DNA from: Lama guanicoe
Taxonomy: Eukaryota
Reading direction: 5' to 3'
DNA: 64,000 nucleotides
NCBI GenBank assembly: GCA_013239625.1
Contig: MU053934.1
Location: 2,684,399 to 2,748,398, forward strand
How positions within the stretch are numbered: the stretch's first letter is position 1; each line of letters begins with the position of its first letter. Position numbers and translations under genes: made by a program. Of this stretch, positions 1-12,756 are shown one piece after another. The notes beneath the pieces were generated by a model. It was not told where the DNA came from. It did no database searches and saw nothing but the letters and a program-made list of their open reading frames with translations.

Positions 1-319
1 GCTTTGCTCTTCCACTCATGCACCTGTGGGCTTGGGTTTGGCTTATCTAGGGGGGCTTGCTAGGCTGGGCTCTGAGCTGTAGATTAAGGATAGGTCTTCT
101 CCATATTTACCAGCGGCTACCTGGGCATGTTCTCATGGCAAAACACAGGAGCATAGGAGGGCAAGTCCAACCATGTCAACACACATCAAGCCCCTACTGA
201 GTCACATCTACTAACATCCGATTGGTTAAAGCAGGTCAGTGGGGCAGGGATGTATACCCTCTCCCTAGCGGGAGGGGAAGGGAGTGAATCTCTGTTGAAC
301 AGAAATTCTACCAATCACA
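1..319 (-). mobile_element. MaLR (MLT1-type) LTR fragment
   Basis: Recognised MLT1 motifs (ctgggcatgttctcatggca, ctaacatccgattggttaaagca) ending in ...aatcaca. Confidence 0.6.
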
Positions 320-909
320 TTAAGTCATGGTTTGTTGTGAAAGTTAAATGAGTTACTAACTTTAAAGTGCTTATAGTAGTACTGGGCATGTAACATGTGC
401 TCATTGAATTACAGACATTATTTGTAGTGATAACAGTTATTTTTTATGCTAGTGGTGAAATCAGTAATGGCATTTGTGCTAGTATAAGCACATGTCAGAT
501 ACTCTTTTCAACACATACATTCATACTACAGTGTAAATGTCTGATAAGATAGTATAAAGAAGAGATCATACATTTATCTTTGACAGCAGAAGTTTAAGCC
601 AAAGGGGTGAAGGCGTGAGAATGGAGTTTTGAGAATCAGTAACATCTAGCAGCTAAGAAAGAGAGTTCTGGAGTTAGTCAAATTTGGATCGGAATTCTAG
701 TTCTGGTACTTTTTCTTTCAGTGACTGTGACCTGGTTTCTTGTCTTCTCAGATCCTCTTAGGGTTGAGGTATGATTGTGAGAAGATATTGTAAACAAAGC
801 ATGGAATAAAGTGCCTGGCACAGAGTAGGGTGAATGAATGCCATGATGACAAAGGTCTGCAGTGGAGGAGAGAGGACGTGGCAGAAAGCCTCTCACTGGG
901 CCCTGGACC

Positions 910-928
910 TCACCAGCAGGTGGCCTCT
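910..928 (+). promoter_or_regulatory. Candidate CTCF core
   Basis: CCAGCAGGTGGC matches CCASYAGRKGGC. Confidence 0.35.
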
Positions 929-3900
929 GACTTCACCTGTGCCCACTGGTCCATCCAACAAACCGTCATGTAAGCACTGACCACGTGCCATGCACGTGTA
1001 CAGAACAATACAGTCACCCTGCTCATTCAGTCTATTCCCATAGTTTGCTTCCTCATAGTAAATTCCATGGAATTGTATGTTAAGTAGGGAGTCAGAATTA
1101 AAATGAGAACATGAGGGTTCTGTGGCAAATCAAGTTTGGGAATCTGCGTTGAAGTGCACACAACAGGCTCCAATGACTGCGGGTCTTTGTGCCTTGCCGG
1201 TGTTCGTGTGTCTTTAGGCTCCCCAAGAAGGGGACGTGGAATGCAGGTGTCCAATCTCATGTGACCGCAGGACTCTTTTCACTGAAGCATCTGGGGCTTT
1301 CTTAACGCCTCCTGAGTGCACATCATCCTCTTCATCCCGCTGCTGTCATCTACTGCAGGCATCTCCCCGCCTTCCCAGCCGCCATAGTCCCATTCCTGGT
1401 CTCTCGTCCACTCCCAGGAGAGGCAGAGTCAGCTTTCCTTCGCTTGAGCTGGACACTTTCCCCCTATCCATGATGTGAGAAGCATAGGGAAGCCACATTC
1501 CCTGGGCCACTCCCTCAACACCAGTCGGAGGTTAAGAGGGCTCCCCTGGAGTCAGCTGGTCAATCCGAGTCTGGGATCACCAAGCCCCAGTGTGTGACCT
1601 TGGCACACTTACTCACCAGGTCTCAGTTTGCCCATCTGTCAAATGGAGGGGGTGACGTCATCTCCTCCAGAGTGGTGTCATTGAGGGGACAGAAGCACAC
1701 AGAGCGTTCAGCAGAGCAGATGGTAATCATAGTCATTATTCTCTCATTTAATAACAACCCAGACAACTGGGGACCTGAGCGGCCCCAAAGACACCTCCTG
1801 GTGTCTTTGATTTCAAAATTCCAATAATTATCTTGCCCCTGTCTCACCCTCACAGGCCCAGTCCAGGGGGCATTTTCTAGACATCATTAAAGGCACATTG
1901 CAGTAGCTCCCCGATGTTTGCAAAAGCACTAATGCCTAGCACGGGTGTAGCACTCACAGCATCCAAAGCCCTTTATTTCTACACAATACGTGTCTACCCC
2001 TCACTCACCTCTAGTGTTTTACAGCTTATACATCATAAAGGGTCTGCTGGGGTTTAAGGATGCCGACCCTCGACTCACAGATGAGGACACAGAGGCTGAG
2101 AGTGTCACATTTGGGCCTAAGGCCCCATCCTTGGGGTGGCCCCAGGGGGAGTGGTCTGATTCCCACGCCACTCCAGCCCCTGGGCTCTGCCTCCTTGCTC
2201 TCCCTCTGAGTCCTGCAGAAGATGGACTCTTCCTGAATGAAGTTTGGGAATGTTGCCACTGTTCAATGAGCTAATGGTGAAATTGGAAACTCTAGGCTGG
2301 GAGCAGGAAAAAAAAAGACAAGCTTTGATTCACAGGCAGGAGGATCAGTGGGGAAAACTCATCCTGCAGTAATCAGAGGAAACGCCTGAATGGCACGGCC
2401 TTCGAGCAGAGTCCCTCTCAGAGAGCAGAAGTTCACACTAGTGGAGACCTCGGCCAGCCCGTTAGCATCCGTAGCCAGACAGGGGAGGTGAGGGAGGGCT
2501 CCTGGGCTTGGGGCAGACAGATCTGAGGTCAAACCCCTGTCATGCTGTCGGAGCAATCCCACTGACACGCACGTGTGAAGTGGGGGTATTTGTTATCGTG
2601 GGGCTCCCCCGAGCAGGGTGTCTAAACAGCTGGTAGGAGCCAGGCACGAAATAGGTGCTTGCAAAATAAAAACCTTTGGAAGCTTCTTTTATTAAGGCCA
2701 AGTGGAGAGAATTTCCTGTCTCTTTAGAAGACGGGAGTAAAATCTTTCAGTGATCTCCATTGGTCTTGTATGAATGAGTCAATTTCTATAGTATCGGATC
2801 AGATTACTGGTTGCAGGTAAGTAGCTGGAGTTCTGAAGTTGTTTCTAAAGGTAGTAACTCACACGTCTGTGGGTTACCACGTACAGGGGGCTCTCCCGCA
2901 CAGCGTCTCTCATCTGCTTTTCATACAGACTAACTGAGCTGAGCATTATGATCACAGCAAGTAAGATTTCCGGGATCAGAAAGGGGGAGTGATTTGTCCC
3001 AGGTCACACAGCTAGTAAATTGCAGAACTGGGCCTTCAATCTGTATCTGTTGCCTCCAAATTCCCAGCTCCTTCTTACGTTCTGCTTGATTTGGGAGGAA
3101 ATGGGAAGGCCTGGGGATAGGAGAGAAATGACATTATACTGTAAGAAGGAGAACATTACTGGATCTTGGTTATAGAAGTTTCTTTAGACCATTCAGACTG
3201 GTGAACTTCTCTGCAAACATACTTTGTGATATGAAATCAACTAGGCTGCAGTAAGAGTGCCTCCAATTTACCAGTTTTTTTGTTTACACATCAGTTTCCC
3301 AACTTAATGGAAGCTTCCTCTGTGTCCTGGAAGGATGGCGAGGAAGCTTCCCAGCCTGAAACAGGGCGATAATAGTAATTAATAAAGCCAGTTTGTGAGA
3401 GAAACCTCAGCCTGCCAGGTCAACAGAAAAGGTTGTGTATTATTTTTTCTAATAACTACTCCCGCTCTTCTCTGTCAAGCTTTGTCGTCCTTGCTGGTTT
3501 CCTTCAGGACACCTCAGGCTGCTTCCATAACTTTGCAATCACTTTCAGTTATTAGAAAGAATAATTTCATTTTGGTTATTAAGGCTCCTGTTCACTTTAA
3601 ACTGTCAATCTCAAATGGAACTTGGGAGATCCCCACCACCAGGGGTTGCGTGTGTGTGGGCATCCTCTGGAGTCGGGTCCAGGGGAAGGTTACCTCGTCA
3701 TGTTGCATCTGGTGAGTGGGCTGTGCCCGCCTGGGTGGCTCAGACCTGTTGCTTCCTCTGCAGACAGCCCTGTGTCAGGGATGGTGAGTTTGCTACACTG
3801 CTCCCCATCATTGTATTGCTTGTATTTCTGTCCAATACACAGTAGCTGTCAGCTCCCTGTGTGAGGCTGGTACCCAAGGTCAGGATCTCTAGGGAGGAGG

Positions 3901-4759
3901 TATTGGTCAGAGGTAGCTCAGAGCTCAGACTTTCCTTCCTCTTCTTGGTTCTCATGGGCAAGTGGGGGTCCATCTCAAAGCTCTGACTGCCAGGCACCTG
4001 ATCTTGGAGGTGGGCTAGCCCTTGGACTTAAGTCCTTGCCACCTACTTTGATGTCCATTCAAGCCACTGCATACCTATGTGTCTTTGCCATACCAAGCAG
4101 TGGGCGCCCTCCTCTCCACCCCACCATCTCCTCCGTCCCTTTCTCTGTGTCCCCAGGGATTGTCAAACTTGGAAGCATGGGATGCCTTGCAGGTTCAATG
4201 GCTAAGAACCGTCAGAGAAGGAGACTCGCTTACCTGGGGAGGTGGGCAGCGGAGGTGGTTTCAGGCGCTCTGGTCTCATAGAAAGGCACCTGTACAGGTG
4301 CTCTGCACTCCTTCCCCAGGCTGCTCTCTTACTGGTGAATCCTGCCCGAGCAGGTTGGTCTCTCCTGCCCCTGGGCCTGTGGGAAGTCTGAGGAGTCCAA
4401 GAATCAGACCTTCTTTGACATGGCCCTGGAGAATTTAGTCCCTCTGTTCTCCACCATGAACATTTAGAATCCAACAGAGGGAGGGTGGGTGCGGGGGCAG
4501 GGGGAGCCCCAGATTCATGGCATCCTATTATACATAGTGCTGTTTACTGAGCTCTCAGTCTGCTCCAGCCACTGTCAGGTTCTTGATGAACATTATCTGT
4601 TGACGCTTCTCACATCCCTCACAGTGGGTTTATTATCCCCATTTTACAGAGGAGGAAACCATGGCTTATATGTAAAGTAGCTTGCCTGAACTGGCAGTGG
4701 CAGAAGGTGGCAGAAGCAAGATTTGAATCCAGGTCGGCCTGTCTTCAAAGCCCAGAAGT

Positions 4760-5268
4760 GGTAGGCGTTAGTTATTTGGGGCCACCCAGAATCAACTCCT
4801 CATCCTCTGGTCCCAGCACCCTGATTCTTTTGGGGCAATGCTCTCTTCCCCTTTGGACACAGTCTTGGGGGTACCGAAATTCAGGTACTCTGCTCTCCCT
4901 TAGACACATGACTCCAACTCGTCTCTATAAGACCCTCTGTCCAGACCTTGCATGTAGAACAGAGAGATACAGTGACAAGCATCTCCCCCTCCCCAAATAA
5001 AAAGCAACAGACCAGCCCTGAGGAAGAGTTGGTGCCTGTTCACTCCAGCACTGCTCTGATGGGCTGATGAGGAGCTCAGGCTTCCTGGTTGCTAGACTGT
5101 TGCATTTCCTGCCCTTTTCTGGACCCTAGTTCTCCAGCTCACCTGACACTTCAGTGAAGTAGCCAACATCCTTCCACAAAATCCATTCGCCACTTTGCTA
5201 GCTCCTGTCAGCCACAGTTGGTTTCCGTTGTTTGCAATCAAATAATCCTGCCTGGTACCCTAAGTGTG
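4760..5268 (+). mobile_element. Old LTR (MLT1/ERVL-type), approximate bounds
   Basis: 3' end gttggtttccgttgtttgcaatcaaataatcctgcctggtac resembles an MLT1 LTR terminus. Confidence 0.45.
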
Positions 5269-6136
5269 GTGTTGGGGGGTCCTGCCCTTTGCCTGATGGG
5301 ATCCTTCTGTTCTCCGTGACTCAATGAGTTCTGACTTATAAAGCGCTCAGGACAGGGCCCGGTGCAGGCTGGCACCCAGGGAGTGACCGTGGCTGTTAGC
5401 ATTACTGTTCTCCTCTTGGGCGCAGGTTCAGGTTGGATCCAGGCAGGGTGTGTGGCCACGCCTGGTCCTGAGGCCTCAGGGCTGTGGGTGAGCCTCCCTC
5501 AGCCTGAGCTGACAAGTCTTGGTTCAGTGCCTACCAGGCAGATGCTCAAGTCACATCAGATGGCCGCTCACCGCAGCTGCGCTAATTGACCATGTTACGG
5601 CGTGGCAGCGGGCTCGGGAGGCTGGCAGGTGGGCGTGATGATGGGAAGCCGGCCCTGCTGCTATGTTCCAGGGGCCTCAAGCTGCGGACTTGCCGTCTTG
5701 TTCCCCAGTTCTACAGGGTCTCTCCGATAGGCAGGTGGGATCTCAGCCGGGAAGGGCCAGACTCACCATTCTCCTCATCACCGTCATTCTCAGCCTTGCT
5801 ATTAAGAGTGACAATCATTATTGTTCTGAGCACCTACCATGTGCCAGGTCCTTGAGGAGAAGGACAATTCTAATCATAAAAGCAGCAGCAACCTACATTA
5901 TCATGGTTACTTTTCCCAGAGCTCCTATGAGGAAGCATATGCCCATACTGCAGATGAATAAGCTGAGGCTGAAGGATGGCATTGGGGAGACATGGTAGGG
6001 GTCGCTTCTTCAGCAGTGGCTGTGCCTGGCTTCTTCTGAGTTTCTTCAAGGCAAACACAGAAGTATTTGATTCTTCCAGAGACAGCAGTTTGATCTCCAC
6101 GTGAAATACACACACTACGCCTATTAATATGGTTTT

Positions 6137-6214
6137 TTTTAACATTTTTTATTGATTTATAATCGTTTTACAATGTCGTGTCAAATTCCAGTGTAGAGCA
6201 CAATTTTTCAGTTA
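6137..6214 (-). mobile_element. Severely 5'-truncated young L1 (78 bp) with 16-bp TSD
   Basis: L1 3' end with AATAAA and A-tail on the minus strand; ctattaatatggtttt at 6121-6136 and 6215-6230. Confidence 0.85.
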
Positions 6215-6330
6215 CTATTAATATGGTTTTGATTTCTCTCCTTGTAAAAATCATCCTGGCTCTGTGATACTAACAGGGACTTCATCTCCTCCCTGAGCCA
6301 CATCTGGATCCTTTGGGGACAAACCGTATT

Positions 6331-6487
6331 TTCTTTCTTTCTTTCCCTTTTTCTTTCCCTCTTTCTTTCTTTCTCTCTTTCTCTCTTTCTCTCTCTCTTT
6401 CTTCCTTCCTTCCTTCCTTCCTTCCCTCCTTCCCTCCTTCCTTCTTTTTCTTTTCTTTCTTTCTCTCTTTCTCTCTCTTTCTTTCTT
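6331..6487. repeat. Compound polypyrimidine microsatellite
   Basis: About 155 nt of C/T only. Confidence 0.95.
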
Positions 6488-6737
6488 GCAGTCTAGTCAA
6501 CCTACAATGCTGCATCAATTTCTGGTGTACAACACAATGTCCCAGTCATACATATACATACATATGTTCCTTTTCATATTCTTTTTCATTATAGGTTACT
6601 ACAAGACATGACCATAGTTCCCTGTGCTAAACAGTAGAAATTTGTTGTTTATCTCTTTTATATACAGTAGTTAGATCTGCAAATTTCAAACTCCCAGTTT
6701 ATCCCTTCCCACCCCTTTTCCCCTCTGGTAACCATAA
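6331..6737 (-). mobile_element. L1 3' end whose tail is a compound TTTC/TC/TTCC microsatellite
   Basis: L1 3' UTR motifs (ttccctgtgct..acagtag, atcccttccc, ggtaaccataag); TSD ggggacaaac(cgt/agc)att at 6315-6330 and 6738-6753. Confidence 0.8.
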
Positions 6738-6899
6738 GGGGACAAACAGCATTATCCTCACCAATGACCTCTATCCATCAATGGCACGACCTCCAGCTAG
6801 AGACCTCTCCTGCACTCTTACCTCCCACAGGCTCTTCATCTCTACTGGGCTATCTGGGAGACCTGGAACTCCATGCATCCTAGCCCCAGGTCTCCTCCA

Positions 6900-7735
6900 T
6901 CCCCGACCCTGCCTCTCCTGCAGCTCCCTCCACCTTGATTCCCAGTGTCTCCAGCCTTCTCGTGTTCCATCCATCAGCCCTGGAGTCATTGCTGGCTCCT
7001 CTCTCTCTTACATCCCACATCGAATCCATTAGGAAATCCTATATTCACAATCAATCACTTCTCTCTGCTTTCACCCTGGTTGAACCACCCTCCTCTCCTG
7101 CTTGGATTATCCCATTAGCTTCCTAATTGATCTCTCCGTTTCTGTCCTGGCTCTGCCTCCATCCATTCCCAACACAGTAGCTGGAATGATCCTTTGAAGA
7201 CATAAATCAGACCATGTCCCCTCTCTGCCTGAGCCTGGATGATGCCTCCCCATTTCACTCTGGATAAAATCAAAGGTTTGTAGAGGTCTCCAGGATCACT
7301 CACCTGGCCTCATACCTCCCAGCTCCTCCCCGCCCACTCTGCTCAGCCACGCCGGTCGCTTTGCTGTCCTCTTGCCTTAAGGCCTTTGCACTGGCTGCTT
7401 TTTCTAGTCCTAAATGTGCGCAGCTCACCCCTCACCTCTTCTGCATCTTTGCTTGACAGGCCCCTTCCTCCCTGACTACATGGACTGCATTACTCACACC
7501 CCAAACTCCCAGTCCCCCTCACTCTGTCCTACGTCTTCTTGGTTTCATAGCAAACATCACCTCCTGACATCTTATACAGTTTACTTAAGAAGAATTAGGG
7601 TTACCATTTATTGTCTAACTCCTGATGCCAGCCTGTCGACTCCACAGGGGTGAAGCTCTCTGCCTGTTTTGCTCACCTGCAAGCTTCTGGAACATGGCCT
7701 GGCATAGAGTGGACACTCTATGAATGAATCTCTGT
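6900..7735 (+). mobile_element. L2 LINE 3' fragment
   Basis: L2 motifs (ggcctttgcactggctg, cataaatcagaccatgtc, tgcctgttttgctcac, tgaatgaat tail). Confidence 0.7.
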
Positions 7736-10179
7736 AGTTTCCCTCTGATCCTCTCAACTTTCTCCCTGAGACTGGGGACAGGGGAGTATCCATTCATGCC
7801 CCTGAGCAAGGTATTGTTAAAATCTCCAGGAAATTGTGATCCTGCAAGAAAGGTTGGCCCTGTCCCCACTTCCAGGCTCATCTCATCTACTCTAGTTCTC
7901 ACTTTTAGGCTCCTCCAATGTCAAAGCCCCTGTAGGCTCCTGCTCCGTCAGACCCGAGGGCCTTTGCACATGCAGTGCCTCTTTCTGCATGATGCACTCC
8001 TGATTAGGTGTTGCCTCTTCCTCAGGTCTTCTATTATCCTCCACCCTCCTGAGTTCTGGGAGAATGATTTCTGTACCTCAAGTGCATTTCTCTGTGTGGG
8101 TTGTGTGTCCTGCTGGGGCCACATCCATTGCACCATCAGACTGTGCGCTCCTGGAGGGCGGAGGCTGGGCTCTGGCCCTGTGTCCCAAGCTGGCCCAGGG
8201 CCCGGCACGTGGCAGTTGTCCACCCAGTCAGTGTTTGATTGTTGTTGACAGTGGAGCAAGCCAGGAGAGGACGAAGGCGGTTCTGAAGACCCTTTCAAGG
8301 TCACCAGCTGGTGGGAAATGAACAGTGTCTTCTTATTGGATCATTCATTTATACTCTACTTTCAAACAGGATTTGGGGCAGCCTGAGAAGGCGCAGATAC
8401 AAAACAAAACAAAGCCTGCATCTTGAATGATGCCTTTCTTTCCTACAGCTGGCTCTTCCTCACTGGTGTGTGACATGCCCCACTCTGAAAGAGGACGCCC
8501 CCAAATCCGCTCAGCCCCCCACCCCTCTGCAGCTAGCGCTTTCAAGCCAGGCTTTCAACAATTGTCTCCGTTGAGACCCGCTTCCTCATCCCTCCACTAA
8601 CCTGCTGTTGGCACGCTTAGGACAGCAGCTACCTCTACGTTACTAACTCCAGGGGATGCTTTCAGACCTCAGTCCCTGGCGCTCTGGGTAGCACTGGACC
8701 TACTGATGCCTCTTCCCTCCCAGAACCCCTTGCTTCCCTCAGCTTATCTGCTACCGCACCTTCGAGGTTTCCTTTTACCCCTTGTTTCTCCAGCCCAGAC
8801 TTCCTGGGAGATAGCTCTTCCTCTGTGCATCCCATAAGCATCCATGCTCCCCTGGACTCCCACTCTTACCTCTCTCTGCTCACCTACCTGCTTTCCCTGA
8901 GCAGCTCTTTATTCCTTGGACTGTAGTTATCATTAGGATTAAATGGAGGTAATTCTAGAAGCAGATAAACCCCCAAACCCCAGTGGCTTAGCACAGAGAA
9001 AGTTATTTATTTGCCTAAAGTCCATTCAGCAGCAAGGAGAGTAGGGGCTCTGCTCCCTCTGGTCATCCAGGGACACAGGCTCCTTTCACGTGGCTGTCAC
9101 TGACCCTGGCTTGGTGTTTAGGAGGGATGTGCTCTGGACAAGGGTGGGGTGAGGAGAGGAGGGGGTGTCGTGGACAAGGAACACAGGGCGAGTCAGGTGG
9201 CTGTGAGTCCCTGACCCAGCCTTCCCCTGGGACTCGGTTGTAAGGCTCCGTGGGAGCACAGACTCAATGTGTGCTGATGACGAAGTCCCCTGTGGGAAGG
9301 ACAAGCTCCCTGCTCAGGTTCTTGCATTTCCTGGGCCCAGGAAAGACCTGTCCTTTGGCTGAACCCAGGAGAAGGGCATGTGGTTGGAAGGAGATGGAAT
9401 CAGGAACCAGGCTTGCTCCTGGGGGCGATGCAGGGACATCCTGACCAGAGGGCAGCTCTGTGACTGGCGCCTCCTCTATATGTTCATGGCCAGAGCATGG
9501 GATGCACCCGGAGGACTGACTCAGCCTCCCTGCCGTTGGTCGGAGCCTGGGCTGGGCGTGTAGCATGGCTGATTGTCAAATCCGTCACCCATGGTCCATG
9601 GCCTGATAGTGGGCATATGTCACTGGCTCTTGAAGGCAGGCAGGCTGGACCCTCCGTCCTCTTCAAAGGAAAGGAGAGCTGACATTGATTGAGCACCTAC
9701 TGTGTGCCAGACATCCCAAGGGCTTTACTTCCATCATCATTTAATTCTTACAATAGCCCTGGAAGAGAGGGAAGGTCATTATCTCCATCTCACAGATGAA
9801 GAAACCAAGATTTAGGAAGGGTTAGAAAGGCTAACATAAGAAAATAAAAAGAAGGAGTCACAAAGCTTGCACATTTCAAAGGTCCAACAGCTTGTTTTTG
9901 AGCACTCCCTTGGCTCCCATGTCTTTAATTTTTCTAGGATCACATGACAGAAAGGAAAGATGTGTGGACTGGGCATGGGAGTACCTGGACCTACAATCCA
10001 GAGTCCAGCACTTCCTAGATGAGTCATGTTGTCCAAACCAATTTAACCTCCTGAAGATTCAGTTTTCTCATCTGTCAAATGGGCACAATAATACTGATCT
10101 CCAAGGGGCAGGTGAAAGAGATTTACAAACTGGAAAGTTCTGAGTATTTTCTTTATTTAAGCTGCTGTCATCTACTGCT

Positions 10180-10830
10180 TAGATATTTCTTAGGGGTCTT
10201 CTCCTGTTTACTCTTGCTCCTTCATTTGCAGCATCTTCTCTGTGCAGTAGCCAGAGGGATTGTTTTTGAAACAGACATCAGTTCATGTCAAGTCCTTACT
10301 TAAAACCTTTAACGGGGTTCACATGCATCCTCAGTCCCCTGTGTGACCTAGTTTTGCCTGTCCCCTCAAGGTCTGCCTCTTGTCATTGCCCCTGCCTTTA
10401 GCTCTTTCTCTGTGGTCCCCTGGCTACCTTTCAGTTCCTTCACCACACTGTACTCTTTCCTGCCCCTGGGCCTTTGCACATGTTCACCCTTCAACCTGGA
10501 GCATACTTTTCTCATGCTTTTTGCCTGAACAACACCAGCTCCTCCTTCAGACTGCAACAGAAACTTTCTAAGGGATGCTCCCTTCTGCTTCCTCTCTAAA
10601 TGAGGTTCTCTGGTTTTTCTTTTTTGCAGAACTCTGTGTTTCCTTCACCCTGCATAATCTGTCATTTGTGTTTTTACTTGTGCGTATGGTTTGGTTTTGT
10701 CTTGAAGTCTGTTTCCTTCTTAGAATGTGAGCTCTGTGAGGACAGGACCCTTGTCTACCTGCCCTCCCTCATGTCCCTGTCCCCTGCATGGTGCCTGGGC
10801 ACACAGCAGTTTCAGTTGAACAAATGAGGA
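10180..10830 (+). mobile_element. L2 LINE fragment
   Basis: gcagtagccagagggat, gggcctttgcacatg, tagaatgtgagctctgtgaggacaggacc, tgcctgggcacacagcag. Confidence 0.65.
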
Positions 10831-11704
10831 TGTTTCTGCTGTTTCCCCAGGATGCCTGAAACTGCCCATTCCAGTCCCATGCTAGAAAGGGCCACGGAGA
10901 AAGAATCTGCCCCAGATGCGGTTGTCAACCAGCACTAGTTCTAGAGCTCTTTCGGATCTCTAATCTCATTTAGCTCTCGGGACAGTTAAACCTCGATTTC
11001 ATCATCTTTAAAATGAGACTAACTTGGGCTGCCTCATATACGGGAAGGATAGATGTGATAAGATATGGAAGAGCCTGGCACGGTGAAGATATAAAGAAAA
11101 TGCTATTTCTTCCCCATTTTATAAATGTCCTTGCTCCCATTTTGCAGACAAGGATGCTGGGAACCAAAGTTAAGCAGTTTGCTCAAGAACATAGCAGCAG
11201 AGCTGGGTAGAAGGTGGGCTGTCTGCATTTCAGGTGAGATCAGGCTGCCTCCTGCATCTGCCAGCCAATGGGGAGTGGTCCTCCTGTCTGAAGGAGCAGT
11301 GCCTGCCTTAGAGAAGGCCCTCCTGCACTCCCAGGTCCCCAGGAGAAGCAGGAGGAGCTCTTCTGCTTCCAGAAGAGCAGCCCGCCCATCTCCGTTTCCC
11401 ACCAGGTCCCCTCCATGCAGCTTTCCAGAGACGGCACCGCAGTCACCTCTGCAGAGCCGTCCCCAGATGACAAGGTTCTCCCGTCCCCGGGACCACTGGG
11501 ACACTGCTCAGCAACTGACCTACATTAATCACAAGTGCTATTCGCCGTCTTGGTCCCCTCCCACGCAGCACGCGACCCCATCCTGCACAAACACCTCGAT
11601 CCATCCAAGGACGTTGTAAAAATAAAATGATCACAACCTGGCCCTCGGGGAACCTCAGCTTTACAGCGTGTTCTGCTCCGAGGCGGACGGCATTCACAAC
11701 CCAG

Positions 11705-12180
11705 TTTGAGAAAGAGAAGAAAAAGAAGAAAATGCAGAGAGGAGTAGGGAGCAGGAAAGAGTGAGGCAGATGCTCAGGAATTTGAAAGGGTGAGGGTGAA
11801 TGATATGAGAAAGATGGGGGAGAAATGGGTAAGGAAGAAGAGAGATGCCAAAACAAGGTAGAGAAGAGAAATTAGCAAAAGAGATTCAGGGGAGGTAATG
11901 GGATTAGAGGAACTAAAATACTGAAAAGAACAAATGAAAGCCTTAGAAAGAACATTAAGTGGATGGAACAGAGAAGAAGACAGACCTAGAAGAAAGTTGG
12001 TGAAAGAGGCAGAATGGGATGAAGGGGACAAAAGAAATGAAAAAATGGATGAAATAGACCACCTGGAAAATCAGGTTGGGCTGTTTGTTGGAAAATAGAA
12101 ACAGAGGATGTGAGATAAAACAAGACCTCAAGGCTGGAGTGTTGGGGAGAAAAGGTTGGTTGACAAGATGGAAAGCAATT
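11705..12180. repeat. GA-rich low-complexity tract
   Basis: Strong purine bias on the plus strand without a fixed period. Confidence 0.7.
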
Positions 12181-12756
12181 TTGGGCAGGTCCGGGGAAGC
12201 TGGGGGCCTTGGACAGTGGGTGGGCCAGCCTCTGAGAGCTGGGTGACGCTGTAGCCCATCCTGGGCATGTCCAGCCCACAGAGCCTCGCTCCTCCGCGGG
12301 ATCTTTCCCAGACCTGTCACCTGCCCTGTCCTGCCCTGAGGTCATCAGTCTAGGGAGTCCTGCTGCTGTTTGCTCAAGAGTCAACTGCACTCCAAGCCCC
12401 AGGTCATGCGCCTGGACTTGATTTCCTTCTTCTTCAACCGTCACACAGAGGACCTTGTGCAGCCAAGGGCTCTGTCTGGGAATTTGTCTCTCCTGGGTCC
12501 ATCCTGGGGTTTGTCTCCAAATGTGCATCCCGAAACTCAGCTCACTCGGAGCTACAGTACTTCCTTCTCCCCCTTCCTTTGTGTATTTACTAGTTGACGA
12601 GTATTAACGGGGCACCTAGTGTATGCCAGGCCTCTTCAGCAAATAAGATGCACAAAATCCCTGCCCTGGGGCTCTTCTCTTTCCTTCTTCCTCTTCCTTC
12701 CTCCCATTGATGCCTCCTCCCTTCTCATTGCCCTCATTCCCATACTCACCCCCAGG

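Noticed and set aside
6282..6594. Lys/Glu/Arg-rich and Phe/Leu/Ser-rich ORFs
   Set aside because: Translations of the microsatellite
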